Part shown: positions 20,441 through 33,800 of the stretch, in pieces
Layout of the letters: the number at the start of each line of letters is the position of its first letter
Numbering within the stretch: the stretch's first letter is position 1
Assembly: GCA_020137815.1 (NCBI GenBank)
Contig: CM035351.1
Coordinates: forward strand, 5,642,001-5,706,000
From: Hormiphora californensis
Taxonomy: Eukaryota > Animalia > Ctenophora
DNA: 64,000 nucleotides
Direction: 5' to 3'
Program-made: the position numbers and the translations under genes
The notes under the pieces: model-generated
Database searches by the model: none
What the model was told of the DNA's origin: nothing
Seen by the model: only the letters and a program-made list of their open reading frames with translations

Positions 20441-21670
20441 TTCCCATCTGTGTTCAGAACTTCACTTGAAGAGCTCTTGTACATATTTGTATGCAATTTT
20501 TTTGCTGTCAGAGCATTGACCCATTCTCGTTTCTCTCAAAGATGTTTTGAGAGCTGTGCACTGTGCAGTGTGCTGCTGGGACTGAGAAGAATTATTTCAA
20601 GGTAAATATAGGCACTAGCGTGAGAGTAAGCCGAGTAGTTATTACTATTTGATCACAAAATGATCTCAGAACTTGTACCAGATGTGTTTACTATTTGTAG
20701 AACTGACAGAACTTGTGTTCGACCAAATCCGCTGTGTTGTATTTGTTCATTTGTAGACAATCTTGAACCGTTTGTCCCGCACGAGAGACGGACTTTAAAC
20801 TAGTTATGACAAGTGTGTCCTATTCCAGATTCCTAAATCTCAGAACAGAGAAGTGAGCAGTGTTTTAGTGTAGACATTGATCTGGGTGACGTGATCAATG
20901 CACAATTGTCGAATGCAGTGTTTTCCTACGATGCATGTCAAAAACTCTATGTCTCTCCATGCAACTCAAAACACACGGCCCCATTACTCTACAAAATGTA
21001 ACGCGCGGAGTCTGAATCATGTTAAGTAAGTGAAAGTACACAGTTGACAGCGCCACATGATTTACATGCGTGCGCGGCGGATTGCAAACCCGATCCGGAT
21101 CCATGATATTGAGATTGACAGCAGTACCAAATGATATTCGATTGCTTTACTTTTGGTTTTAACTTAAAAAGTGGTTATAAAGTATAGTTTATTGAAAAGC
21201 GAATTAGCAATAACACTGGCAGAAAGGGTACCAGGACGCACAATAGATTGCAGTGCACCTTCATTAGCAATAGCAATAGCATGGTCTTCTTTCATGTTTG
21301 GATTTAACTTGTTTCCGAAACAATGGATGGGCTGTCTCTGTGCAACAAAACAGTGTCGCTACACAAAGACAATTCATTCGGGGCTCACTCGGTTCTTATA
21401 ATAGGAATAGCAGCACTATTGTAATATGTAGAACCGTCCGACACATAACATATATATTCATGGAAACTGCAATAGCACTGCAATGGCACTGCAATAGCGC
21501 CACACAATTCCGGATTCATACTGCCGGCAGTCCCCTCCCCCTCGAGTCTATAGATTCACACTATACTCTGTCTCTAGATATCCTGTATCATGTGGTTACT
21601 TGTACCCCCCTTACTCAACAAGTGGTAACCACATTGTGGCTATAGGTGATGGGCGTGTTAAAATAAACAG

Positions 21671-21846
21671 TGGGCAAACACAGTCTCTCCTGGGCAAACA
21701 CAGTCTCTCCTGGGCAAACACAGTCTCTCCTGGGCAAACACAGTCTCTCCTGGGCAAACACAGTCTCTCCTGGGCAAACACAGTCTCTCCTGGGCAAACA
21801 CAGTCTCTCCTGGGCAAACACAGTCTCTCCTGGGCAAACACAGTCT
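21671..21846. repeat. 20-bp minisatellite (~9 copies)
   Basis: TGGGCAAACACAGTCTCTCC repeated. Confidence 0.95.
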
Positions 21847-22056
21847 TTTGTCCCCAACGGCATCTGCTTTTCTGGATTTCATATCTCCGGGATGGTTTCA
21901 AATTGACAGTGTGCACTGGTCCACAGTCGTCAAACAAACCCTAACAGATCATCGTCCTGCGGAAATAAAGAGGGGTCAACACAATACATACACAATACAT
22001 ACTATGTACTAGACACCCTGTATTGATGGTACAATGTGCAATAACATGCATTTGAC

Positions 22057-22162
22057 TTGTCTCATATAAGACCCTCCTCTTCGCACCGGGCCGAAGGCCC
22101 GGTGCGGCTACGTGAGGCCGCGGAGGTTGCGCGATGTACATTGTACAGTCAGTGTGTGACAA
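22057..22162. mobile_element. 106-bp TTGTC...GACAA element with 8-bp TSD
   Basis: Ends TTGTCTCA / TGTGACAA; TSD CATTTGAC (22049-22056, 22163-22170); internal hairpin GCACCGGGCC-GAA-GGCCCGGTGC; its 3' end recurs at 27732-27760. Confidence 0.8.
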
Positions 22163-22462
22163 CATTTGACCCATTCGTCCCGGAAGCGCTTCTGTCTGTT
22201 TCTCTCGGTCTTTATCCCACCATCCCACCACCTCAGCTCTGAATACATATGGAATTATTAGGTACCATGTATTTGCAATAACATGCATGCGTAGATGGCT
22301 AGCTATTTTAGTAAAATTGAATTATTAGTATTTCATTTGAACCCTTCGTCCCGGAAACGGGGAGGCAGTATATCATAGAGTCATGAGCTTCTGTCTGTCT
22401 CTCGGTCTGTCTCCATTTTTCTGTCTCCCACCTGTTATTAACAGTGTTACACTGCGTGTAAC

Positions 22463-22600
22463 ACCCCACCCTCCCACCAGTCACCACCCTATCAGTATCA
22501 CCTAACACCCCACCCTCCCACCAGTCACCACCCTATCAGTATCACCTAACACCCCACCCTCCCACCAGTCACCACCCTATCAGTATCACCTCCCACCCTC
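22463..22600. repeat. ~41-bp tandem repeat (3 copies)
   Basis: ACCCCACCCTCCCACCAGTCACCACCCTATCAGTATCACCTAAC units. Confidence 0.85.
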
Positions 22601-23030
22601 CCTGAATTTACACTGTGTAAACAGGGCCGATGGTGGGTGTTATAATACACACCTCCACTACGAAGTAGAAGCGAAGCCAGCAGACAAAGGTTCGCATGGT
22701 GACACACACAAAGAACAACATGACGAGGAAAGCAATGGCAATTGCAACCTCGGCGTCATCTATACTTATTGACATATCTCATTGTAGATGCTGCATCTAT
22801 AGACGGGGGGGGGGGGGATATATAAATAGTTGGACAAATAATAATCTCAACAAGGCCATTGTCATATATGAGATGATGTGATGATGACATCCAATCGATC
22901 AACCAATTCATCCAATTGATGGTTGGGTTGGTGAAGGCCACAATGTCAACAATTACAGTTGAGCAAATACGTTTCCGTCGAAAACTGGGGCGAACAAGCA
23001 CCACACACATCACAAATTAACTGCAAGTAT

Positions 23031-23790
<760 letters not shown>

Positions 23791-23897
23791 TCGATCGCTG
23801 TTGTTTGTAAAGGACAAAGACACACATCGTTTACTCTCTCTACATACCCCATGATGTGTATTTGTGTGTCATGTTTGTTTAGAAATTAGATGTTCGT

Positions 23898-24345
23898 ACA
23901 TGTGTTAGTTTGTCTGTAATACATGCGTTAGTTTGTCTGTAATACATGTGTGTCTATCATACATGTGTTAGTTTGTCTGTAATACATGTGTTAGTTTGTC
24001 TGTAATACATGTGTTAGTTTGTCTGTAATACATGTGTTAGTTTGTCTGTAATACATGTGTTAGTTTGTCTGTAATGCACATGTGTTAGTTTGTCTGTAAT
24101 ACATGTGTTAGTTTGTCTGTAATACATGTGTTAGTTTGTCTGTAATACATGTGTTAGTTTGTCTGTAATACATGTGTCTGTGTGTCTGTAATACATGTGT
24201 TTGTGTGTCTGTAATACATGTGTTTGTGTGTCTGTAATACATGTGTTTGTGTGTCTGTAATACATGTGTTAGTTTGTCTGTAATACATGTGTTAGTTTGT
24301 CTGTAATACATGTGTTAGTTTGTCTGTAACACATGTGTTTGTGTG
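23898..24345. repeat. 23-bp minisatellite downstream of DCP2
   Basis: ACATGTGTTAGTTTGTCTGTAAT repeated ~19 times with variants. Confidence 0.93.
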
Positions 24346-24408
24346 TACGTCTGTCCAGTGGTTTGTTTCATGTTTTGAATGAGGAATGAGGTGTGGTTGT
24401 TCCCTACA

Positions 24409-27081
24409 TCAGGCTACAGTTAGTATTAGTAATATATTGATTTAGTACATAACATGTTATTTAAATGATGTAAATTAGATGTAAATGGGGACCATGTAAA
24501 TTACCTGCAATAGTTGGTAGGCACCGATGTAAACGCTCCATATCCAGGGAAAAGTTGGCCAAGGTCTTGGGCATATTGTTGGGCATATTGGGCATCACAT
24601 TGGGCATATTGTTGGGCATCATCATGTTAGGCGCCATTATAATGTTGTTAGGCGCCATCATATTGTTGTTGGGAGTAGGAGGTCCAGAAGGTAGTTGGTA
24701 CCCAGGTCTGTAGTTGGGAGATTGCGACTGTTGTGCCCGTCCCCTGGCTAGTGCTACTACAGGCGCTCCACCCCTCCTGCCCCTCCTACTAGGGTTAGGG
24801 AGGCTCTGTAAAGACCGTGTGTCACTCATCTCTTGTGGAGTGGGTCTGTTGTAACCTCCCGCCACAGAGCCAGGGGGTGCCCTACTGTAGCCTGTATTAT
24901 CACTTGGTGGAGGGACCCTATTGTAGCCATCGTTAGGTACCCTATTATCACTAGGGGGTGGGACCCTATTGTAGCCATCGTTAGGTGCTCTGTTGTAGAG
25001 ATCACTAGGGGGTGGAGCCCTGTTGTAGTCATTATTAGGGGGTGGAACCCTGTTGTAGTCATTATTAGGGGGTGGAACCCTGTTGTAACCTTCATTTTGT
25101 GCTCTACTGTGACCCCATTGGTTGGGTCTCCCCTCTCTGTAGTCATGGTTACCACCCTCCCCAGGGTTCACCCTGTAATCGTGATCAGAGAACCGGGAGG
25201 AAGGGTGGTTATCTGGTGGTGGGGGTGGCTGGTACTGGTCCTGTCTCAATACTGGCTGCCTCGAGTTATGTCTCACTTGCTGATCGGGTCTCTGCTGCAC
25301 AGCAGGCTGGTTTCGTAGCAAGTTCATGAGATTCTGACTTTCATCCTGCCTCGTTCTATCAACACCTTTGTTGTTGGCTCGCTTCCTGTCATCCTGCTGA
25401 TAGCGATTGGAACCTAGGAGAGGATGGAACTTGAGAGATGATATATGATTAGTCAGGATGGGTGGCATGGATCTACTACTACTATAAAGTGATTACTCCT
25501 GGCAAAACTTCCAGGGATTTCACCGTAGCTGTTCCTACCTGGGTTTGAGTCGGAGAACGAAGCCCCTCGTATCCTGGCTCTATTAGCTCCTGATTCACTC
25601 TCACTCACAGCACGTCCATTTCTCCGCAGATATTCCCTGTAAAAGAGCAGCTGTTTAGTTTGAGTTACAATTACTTGGCTAAACAGGAAACGATAAGGGA
25701 AACAGTTCGATCAGACGATCTGACCTAACAAGATATCTTGCAAGACTCACATAACAAATGGTTTAACCATGAAAAACTGCTCCGATTTGTGAGTGGATCG
25801 TTTATAACCGGGGGCTCCAGGCAGCTGGTCTAGGGAGAACCACCTATAGTTGGCTATCTCGCCCTTACAAGAGGGGTAGAAGAGGGTAGATTCCGGGACA
25901 CCCTTTACCACATACAGTCTGACCCGTCGCTCGTGCAACACCTATTGGATTAATTGTATGGAATTTCAATAACCAAATCTAAATTATTATGCATACAAGG
26001 AACTAGCAACAGTTATATCTGCGTATTGATATCATTAGGTGGCGGTGGTTCTCACCTTCTCAATGTATTCACTTTGGAATGCCAGAGGTTTGATGTTGTA
26101 GTTGGTCTCCTCAAGTACTTCCCTTACTGCACAATCAAAGGGGTCCTCCTGTTCTTCTATCTTTCCTAGAAATAATACGTCGTGTTGTATTGCCGGGTGA
26201 CAAGTCCTATCTTTCACAAAGACATGGTTCATCTACGAAACTGAGATGTAATCCCCCTGCAGTAGTCTGCAGACACAGACAGTTCCAGAACTATAAATTA
26301 TTAATTGCACCTCTGGGGAAGGTCCAACATTGCTTAGTGCTATGTCCCTCCACGAGCAATGCTTTGTTGTTGGAAATCAGCATGGCGCCATATACCGGCA
26401 CCTGCTTCTTGAACCCCCTCCAACTCTTCACCAACTTAGACATCTGAAAGGAGAGGTCGGTTAAAACAAGACTAGGATAATAGTGGAACCGATGCCAAAC
26501 AATTAAACCATTCCATTATCCGCATGGACCAGATGCCCTACCAGGATCAGCCAGGTTAACCAACACCCATCCCATCCCTGAAGAAACAAACCTTTTGCCT
26601 GCGATCTGGTCCATCATTAGCTCCCAGTTTCAGGAGTGACGGCATGTGGTGATCACACGCTCTGATGAATTGTTCCACCTCACACTCGGGAAGTTGGGGG
26701 TAGTCAGCCCTGATATAGTCCAGATAAAACCAGTGGGCCATCTGAGAAGTGGAAGATGCGGGTTAGGGAAAAACATGTCCCCGGGACAGATCTAAGAACG
26801 AGGAGACCAGGTTTCAACTGTTATTCCAGGAGTGTAAGTCGATCCTGGGATAAAATTCCGAAACATGTATTGCACTTGCAGTTGCTGGGACTTGTTGAGT
26901 AGGGGACTAGGGGTGACCCAACAAGACAGCTCCTCTAATAAATTTCTAGGGCCAATCTGAGAAGATAATATATTACCTCCATAGCGAAGCATAGCCTTAT
27001 GGGGTCGGAACTGTTTTTAGCCTCTGGTAGGATGAACCTTGGAAATATCTGGTCCAGGATGTTATCTGGAATTATCGTCAT
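24409..27081 (-). CDS. DCP2: mRNA decapping enzyme DCP2 (multi-exon)
   Basis: Box A MTIIPDNILDQIFPRFILP...IRLCFAME|MAHWFYLD; VPVYGAML; WTFPR|GKIEEQEDPFDCAVREVLEETNY Nudix box; FFMVKPF; long disordered tail; last micro-exon ends at TGA 24409. Confidence 0.93.
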
Positions 27082-27246
27082 TCTGTGGCTATTTAATGTA
27101 TGTTTGTTGAGATTTGTTAAGGAACCCGTTTACAAAATATTGGAGAACGCATTAATAGACAGGGTATAATCAGGTAAAAATTAAAACTTAAAAAGTCTCC
27201 AAAATAACAGTTTCCCTCGCCTATAACAATAAGTTGGAGTGGCTGT

Positions 27247-29616
27247 TTACCGACGCCTCGCCTTCTTGTTATACTTCAGATCCAGTAGCACCTCTGTGAG
27301 TTGATCCAAGCCCTGACCGGTGTAACATGACACGGGCACAATAGCAGATACCCTGACTAACTTCCTGAGTTGCTCCCTGTACTGGGCAGTAAAGGCAGTA
27401 AACTCCTCATCAGCTCCCTCCGTGTCCATCTTGTTAATTGCAACTGTGGGGGGGGGGGAGTGTAGTAGGGTGGATGGTGTATTGGGGGAATGGAAGTGTG
27501 GGAGGGAGTGTAGTAGGGAGGATGATGTATTGGGGGAGGGAGTGTAGTAGGGTGGATGGTGTATTGGGGGAATGGAAGTGTGGGAGGGAGTGTAGTAGGG
27601 AGGATGATGTATTGGGGGAGGGAGTGTAGTAGGGAGGATGATGTACATCTGTCAGAGCATTGGCCTGACCCATTCTCGCTTCTCTCAAATAAGAGCGCGC
27701 GAGAACTGTGGTCAGAGCATTGGCCTGACAGATGTACATTGTACAGTCAGTGTGTGACAAGTAGTAGGGAGGATGATGTATTGGGGAGGGAGTGTGGTAG
27801 GGAGGATGATGTATTGGGGGAATGGAGATGAGGGAATATGAATACTAGCAGGGATCTGTGGGGGACACTACCGTGGTACAAGCAAAAAACACACCCGCAC
27901 GAGACAAGGAAACACAGGTTTGATCTGTTTTAGGCTCTTGACTTACTGACAATAGGTCGTTTTGTAAGGCCTGCCATGTACAACTCTAACTCCCTGGCCA
28001 GATACCCAAATGTTTGGAAGGGTGTCCGGTGGGGTTCCCGGTAGTTCAACTGGAATCCCTGGACATCCAACACGAAAAGAAGGGTTTTAGTTCTCTCGAT
28101 ATGTTGCAGGAACACGTGACCTAGCCCCCTGTTCTCACTCGCACCTAGAAAGAGGGATGGGGAGGTGAGTAGCAGAATCCATGAAATAATTCTGAACACG
28201 AAATCCAGTCTGATTAAATCCAGTAACTAGTCGGATCATGTTACCTTCGATAAGACCGGGTATGTCAGCGATTGTAACTTCCCTAGAATGGTCAGCAGTT
28301 CGGACAGTACCCACAGTTGGTTTCAGAGTAGTGAAAGGGTAGCTCCCTATCTTGGGCGCTGATTTAGAAATCATGGAGAGGAGCGAGGACTTTCCAGCGT
28401 TCGGATATCTGGTGAGTGAAGGGCAAACAATTTAAAAAGGGTTCGAAGAGTTATAAAACTAGTATAATAGACCCAATACCAAATGTTCCCCACTCACCCG
28501 ACTAGTCCAACATCAGCCATACTCTTCATAACCAACTTCACATATCTCTCCTTGCCTCTTTTTCCAAGATAGTTATTGGTCAGTGAGCCACCTTTTGTGC
28601 CTTCCTGGCGGGGAGGGGGGGGGGTAACAATGTTAACCACTGGCGGGGGGGGGGGGGGGGGGGTAACAATGTTAACCACTGATAACTAACTAGTTGATAG
28701 TGGACATAACTAGGAATTGTATTGTATTATACTCTTCTTTGCACAGGATTTTCTAGAGGAAGGATCGTGTAAAATTTAACAACTGCACCCCCACCCATCT
28801 ACTTTTATTATACCTGAACAAGAAAGAGTTTATTTTCAACATCCACATCGCAGATCATGTCCCCAGTTTGGACATCCATTGCAACAGTTCCAGCAGGTAC
28901 CTCTATCACACAATCCTCCCCCTCCCTTCCTCTAATCCACCCATCTCCTGCATTCTCGCCTGCCCCGGCCACAAACCTGAGAATATGTGGGAGAGGTTAG
29001 ATCACAGTACAATAGATCAAGATGGTGAAATGAAGACCGTCGAAACCCTCAGAAAGACTTGGCTGTCTGTACCCTTTCTGTACCCTATGTTGCCGTACTT
29101 GCGTGTTGGATGTTGATGAAGGTGGTTCAGATTCCGTAAAGAGGGGAGTGCTTCCAACAACACTTTCCCTCCGTTCCCTCCTATTGCATTTTTCCGTGCC
29201 ATACCACCCCCTCCGGAGCCGCCCCGTAGATATATCGTCACCTGGTCACATATCTCCCCTTTTTTATAAACGCTCCGCTCTTTTCTCAGTTCCTCAGCAA
29301 CTTTCCTGAGATGGGGTGATTTAAGGTATCATGTCCCCTAATTTGTTATAATAGCCGTAAGACTAAGCACAAGCTTCACCCATTGAATAGCGGCATTATC
29401 ACTCGATTTACGACTCCGAAAACAAAATTACCTACTCTTAATCCAATTGTGTGTATCACAGAAATTACATACCCGTGTTAGGTACATCTAAATTACTACG
29501 TACCTCGGTGTCCAGTTCTCGTCTTGTACCACTATTCCACTAACTGCTCGCCGTCCTAATCCAGCCGCTCTCTTCACCAGGTCCACCATTCGTCTCTTCC
29601 CAAGATGACATGCCAT
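27247..29616 (-). CDS. GTPBP10: Mitochondrial Obg-family GTPase GTPBP10 (multi-exon)
   Basis: [11 protein letters not shown] Obg fold; ADVGLVG|YPNAGKSS; YPFTTLKP; ADIPGLIEG; [27 protein letters not shown]; ELELY; NKMD. Confidence 0.9.
27445..27830. repeat. G-rich intronic tandem repeat (GGGAGTGTAGTAGGGAGGATGATGTATTGGGG variants)
   Basis: Visible repeated units in the last GTPBP10 intron. Confidence 0.85.
27649..27731 (+). mobile_element. 83-bp CTGTC...GACAG element, second subfamily
   Basis: Both ends carry GTCAGAGCATTGGCCTGAC in direct orientation; outer TIR CTGTCAG/CTGACAG; 8-bp TSD ATGTACAT (27641-27648, 27732-27739). Confidence 0.9.
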
Positions 29617-29663
29617 GTGTGTAACACTGTGACAGAGATAATGCTTGTTGTGACAGGTAGCAG

Positions 29664-29726
<63 letters not shown>

Positions 29727-30179
29727 AGAGAAAGAATTGTCATGTGATACTCATACAGAGAGAGGTGTGTGTGTGTGTGTGTAACATCGAGAACCTTTCA
29801 GAGAGTGCGCGCGAGTGGGTCTACAATTGTGATATCGCGCGTTACAGCTACGGGTCTCATCTCTCTGCTTCTGTGATTTCACCACACACACAGAGTCAAG
29901 ACATTACATGTACAAAAGTGAGAGAGCTGGAAGACTCCCGGGAACGCAAGCAATGACATTCAGAAGGATTGGGGGTAGTTGAGACCAGATTAAAACACAA
30001 TAATTTTCTAACAAATAGTTCACCGTAATTAAGAAAAGAAAGTCATCAGTAAAATAAACTTGGTCAGATATATATATTCCCACACAAACTTTAGTACATA
30101 ATTCGTACACACAAAATTACTAAAGAGTCATTACACAAAATTAAGTTAGAGACACACATAGTTAAAAAGAACAACTTCA

Positions 30180-30767
30180 TCAGGAGTTGTATTGGAGGTC
30201 AGATCCCATACCCGTCCAGCGGTCAGGGACCAGAGGGAAGTACCTCTCTATCTGATTATAGAACCTGAAATTTAATAATTTAGAATATAATAGGTGAGTG
30301 TGTGAGAGACTAAAGAATCTAGAAAATAGAAGTGTGTGGTGTTTTTGTTTATGGAGTCATGCATGTCACTAAAAGGTAGACACAGACTAAAAGCAGTAAT
30401 TACCTTTCTCTGTACATCTCAGGGGAAACTATAGTTGGCATCTTTCCAGCAGATCCAATCATATTGGTCTTGAAGATCATCTCCACCTTTTTATCGAATG
30501 TAAACTTTCTGATATAGTCAATTATCCCCACCACCAATCTATCACCACACACCCCAACCAGCAGGGAATAGTCAATGATCGACTGGGCGGCAAGGAATGC
30601 TGTGTCACAGTTAACCGCCTCTCTGAGGAAGGTTTTACAGTGGGGCCGCAGGTAGATAGGGTCCGTTACTATGTGTTTTAGGTAGTTGGTGTCTAGTAAC
30701 ACTTCCTCTGTCTCTTCCGCTAACCGATTTCTGTTGCTACCCTGGAGAGAGTGTGGTGAGAGAGAGG

Positions 30768-30837
<70 letters not shown>

Positions 30838-33800
30838 GGAGCCTGGGTGCGATATAGACCTTCTCTCTCTGCTTTTTCTCTCTCTCTAGCTCACTCGCTC
30901 TCGTCTCTCTCTCGCTTCTCTCTTCTCTCGCTCCTCTCTACTCTCTCTTCTCTCGTCTCGTTCTATCCCTCTCTCGCTCTCTCTCTCGTCTCTCCTTTTT
31001 GCTCTTCCTCCTCGCTCGATCTCGCTCTCTCTCTCTCAACCTCTCTCTTCTTATACTCTCTTTCGTCTCTCTCTCTCTCTCTCTCTTCTCTCGCTGAGCT
31101 CTCTCTCTCGCTCTACTCTCTTGCTTCTCTCTCTTCCTCCTCCAAACTATTAGGTTTATAAATAGAAAGTATAAAAGGTTCTCATGTGGACACAAAAACA
31201 AAAGAAACTACTTGCATTATTTAGAACACATGTGTTTTATTTACATGAACAAAGCCGGAACCTACATCTACATGCCAAGTTCTAAGAGAGGGTCGTACAA
31301 TGCAAACATTATCAGTATCAACAATATTCATAGAACTAGACATATAGTGTAGGGTTGATTTTGAACGATGAAGTGATAAAAAAGGTAGACAACATACCTT
31401 TAGATCGTATATAAGTGAGGGGGTACAGTTGTAGAAGATATTCTCCATAATGATAACATCCTGCTTGAGATTCCCATTAACATTACTGTACCCCACCGTA
31501 CAGGCCGCCACTATCTTCGCCAGTAGAGTAGGCCTCTTGTTCATGCTATCCGACACGTACTCAATATAGCTTGGCATGAACATTAAAAGTGCCTGGAGTT
31601 CCAGTCGGGACATCTCCTTAACAACCCACCGATCGTCTTGAGTCTTGTTAAAAGACAGCCCTGATTTACCACCCTTTGCCTGCCATTTGTTGCAGTAGGA
31701 GAGGGAATGGATGAAGTCTTGGAGTGCTTCACCGGGCATTAGCATGCTACGCAGTCGTTCAAATTCCGCAGCAAAATAAAACTGAAGGGAATTAGGTAGA
31801 GATTTAGTGAGAGGGTAAGTTAGAGATTTAGTGAGAGGGTAAGTTAGAGATTTAGTGAGAGGGTAAGTTAGAGATTTAGTGAGAGGGTAAGTTAGAGATT
31901 TAGTGAGAGGTAGTGATAGTTAATTATTAGAAGGGGGTGATAAAGGGAATAAAAGGAGAAGTAAAACCATGATTCCATTAGAATGGCAGATCTGTGTTAT
32001 GTTTACTGGACATGCTTGGCGTACATTTTATACACAAGTATGTGTGGCCTGTGCATGATAAAGTAAAACCACGTACTCGTGATGTGAACAAAGACAGAAA
32101 ATATAGTCTTGATAGTCGTGATGAAACATACATATCATAACGTGTTATTAACATGTTTCCCCTACGTTGTAGAACATGTAGGCGCCACACTACCAAGATA
32201 TCACGTACCAAAGAGGTATAACATCACGTACGTACCTTACAAAAGAACTTGGTGGGCCCATCACTAAATTCAACCTCAACATGGCTAGCTTTGTTACTCA
32301 TCAGCTCCTGGTCTGAATTCCAATCACTACTCTTGTTTCTCTTGTGTTGGTTGTGTTGTTTGAGCTCTGGTGGGGTGTCCCCCGCACTACTGCTATTACT
32401 TGTAACTGTCAACCAGTAACCAACCTGCAGGCATAATTACTAATTACTAATTATTAATTAGAAGTAGGTGATGAGACATCTTCAATGTTCATGAAGATAT
32501 CAAACTGTAGGGTCAGGAAGGTGGATTCAGCCCTTTTTCGAGCATTAAATCTAAACCAACCTTATCCTCAGTCCCCTCAGAATGGTTTGAGGAGTAAGAT
32601 TTGGTAGAAGGGCGGGAAGAAGAAGTTCCCACTCCCCCTCCTGCCCCATTGTTGGAGGTATGTTCAGGTTTCAAGAGTTGTAGTTTGGATCTGTACGTCT
32701 CACATGACAGGGCATATGCTATTATGGATGTAAAGTGTTTCTCACAAACCAAGACACATGGCTGTGCACAGGCTGTAATCCGGTGGTGTTCCTCAGGAGG
32801 GAACAGATTCTGAAAGAAGGGGAGGGGGTTGCCATGGTGACATGTTAGAGGGGGTTGCCATGGTGACATCATGTTGATTAATGGGACATGGTTTAGTTTG
32901 AAGTTACAACTGTATCGGCTGATTGTAAACAAATATATTCTCAGAGCAATTTGATAGTCTAGAACTTATATTTTACCTCAATTTTCTTGAAATGTGACTC
33001 CGCAAAGGAAGGGAAACTAAACAGTTTCTTAGTTAGCCTACTGTACGCAGTCTTTGTCTTCTTCGTCTGTTGATCCTTGATCCCAATCTTAGCCACTATT
33101 TTACTAGTACTACGCAGCCTCAGATCATCCAATGAATGCCATGTTGTCTTGTGTAATACCTCCTGGGGCTTCAAATCCACAATCCCACTGTCAGATAACA
33201 CTCTCCTGTGAGACTTTTTAGTAGCCACTACCGGTACTGCTGGTTCTTCTATCTCTCTGAGCACTTCCTCCACACTGTTCAGGACCTCTGTTGAGGATAT
33301 CTTAGCTTTAACAGCTGGTTTCCTCTTCATGGCCATGAGGCGACCGTTCCAGGTGTCCACGCTAAGAACTAGTTCTGACTGGAGCATGAATATCTCACGG
33401 CGAGTCTCAATGGGGGGTTTATCCGCTACCAGGGACAGGTCAGACATCTTCTGTCTAAATCCTTGTTCCTCGACTAGGATACTAGCACGTGCATCCCTGA
33501 TCGTGCCCTCATCAGCAGTACCCGACATCTCGTCTAGCTTATCAGTCACTGCCTGCAAACGGGAGGGTATTTTTAGAAGGTTGTAGAACTCAGCAATCAG
33601 GAGATGATATGTCGGGGCTTCTTAGAAATGATAGAGTGTTGATGGTAATGACTGAGGTACTAGTTATCTAGCGGGGTGATATAACACAAGTGAGAGATAG
33701 AGAGAGGTGAGTACTGTCATCGCATTGTTATACAGAGATGTGTAAACAAACACTCATTACACACGCATGTTGTGAACAAAGTCATGACAGAGAACGAGGT

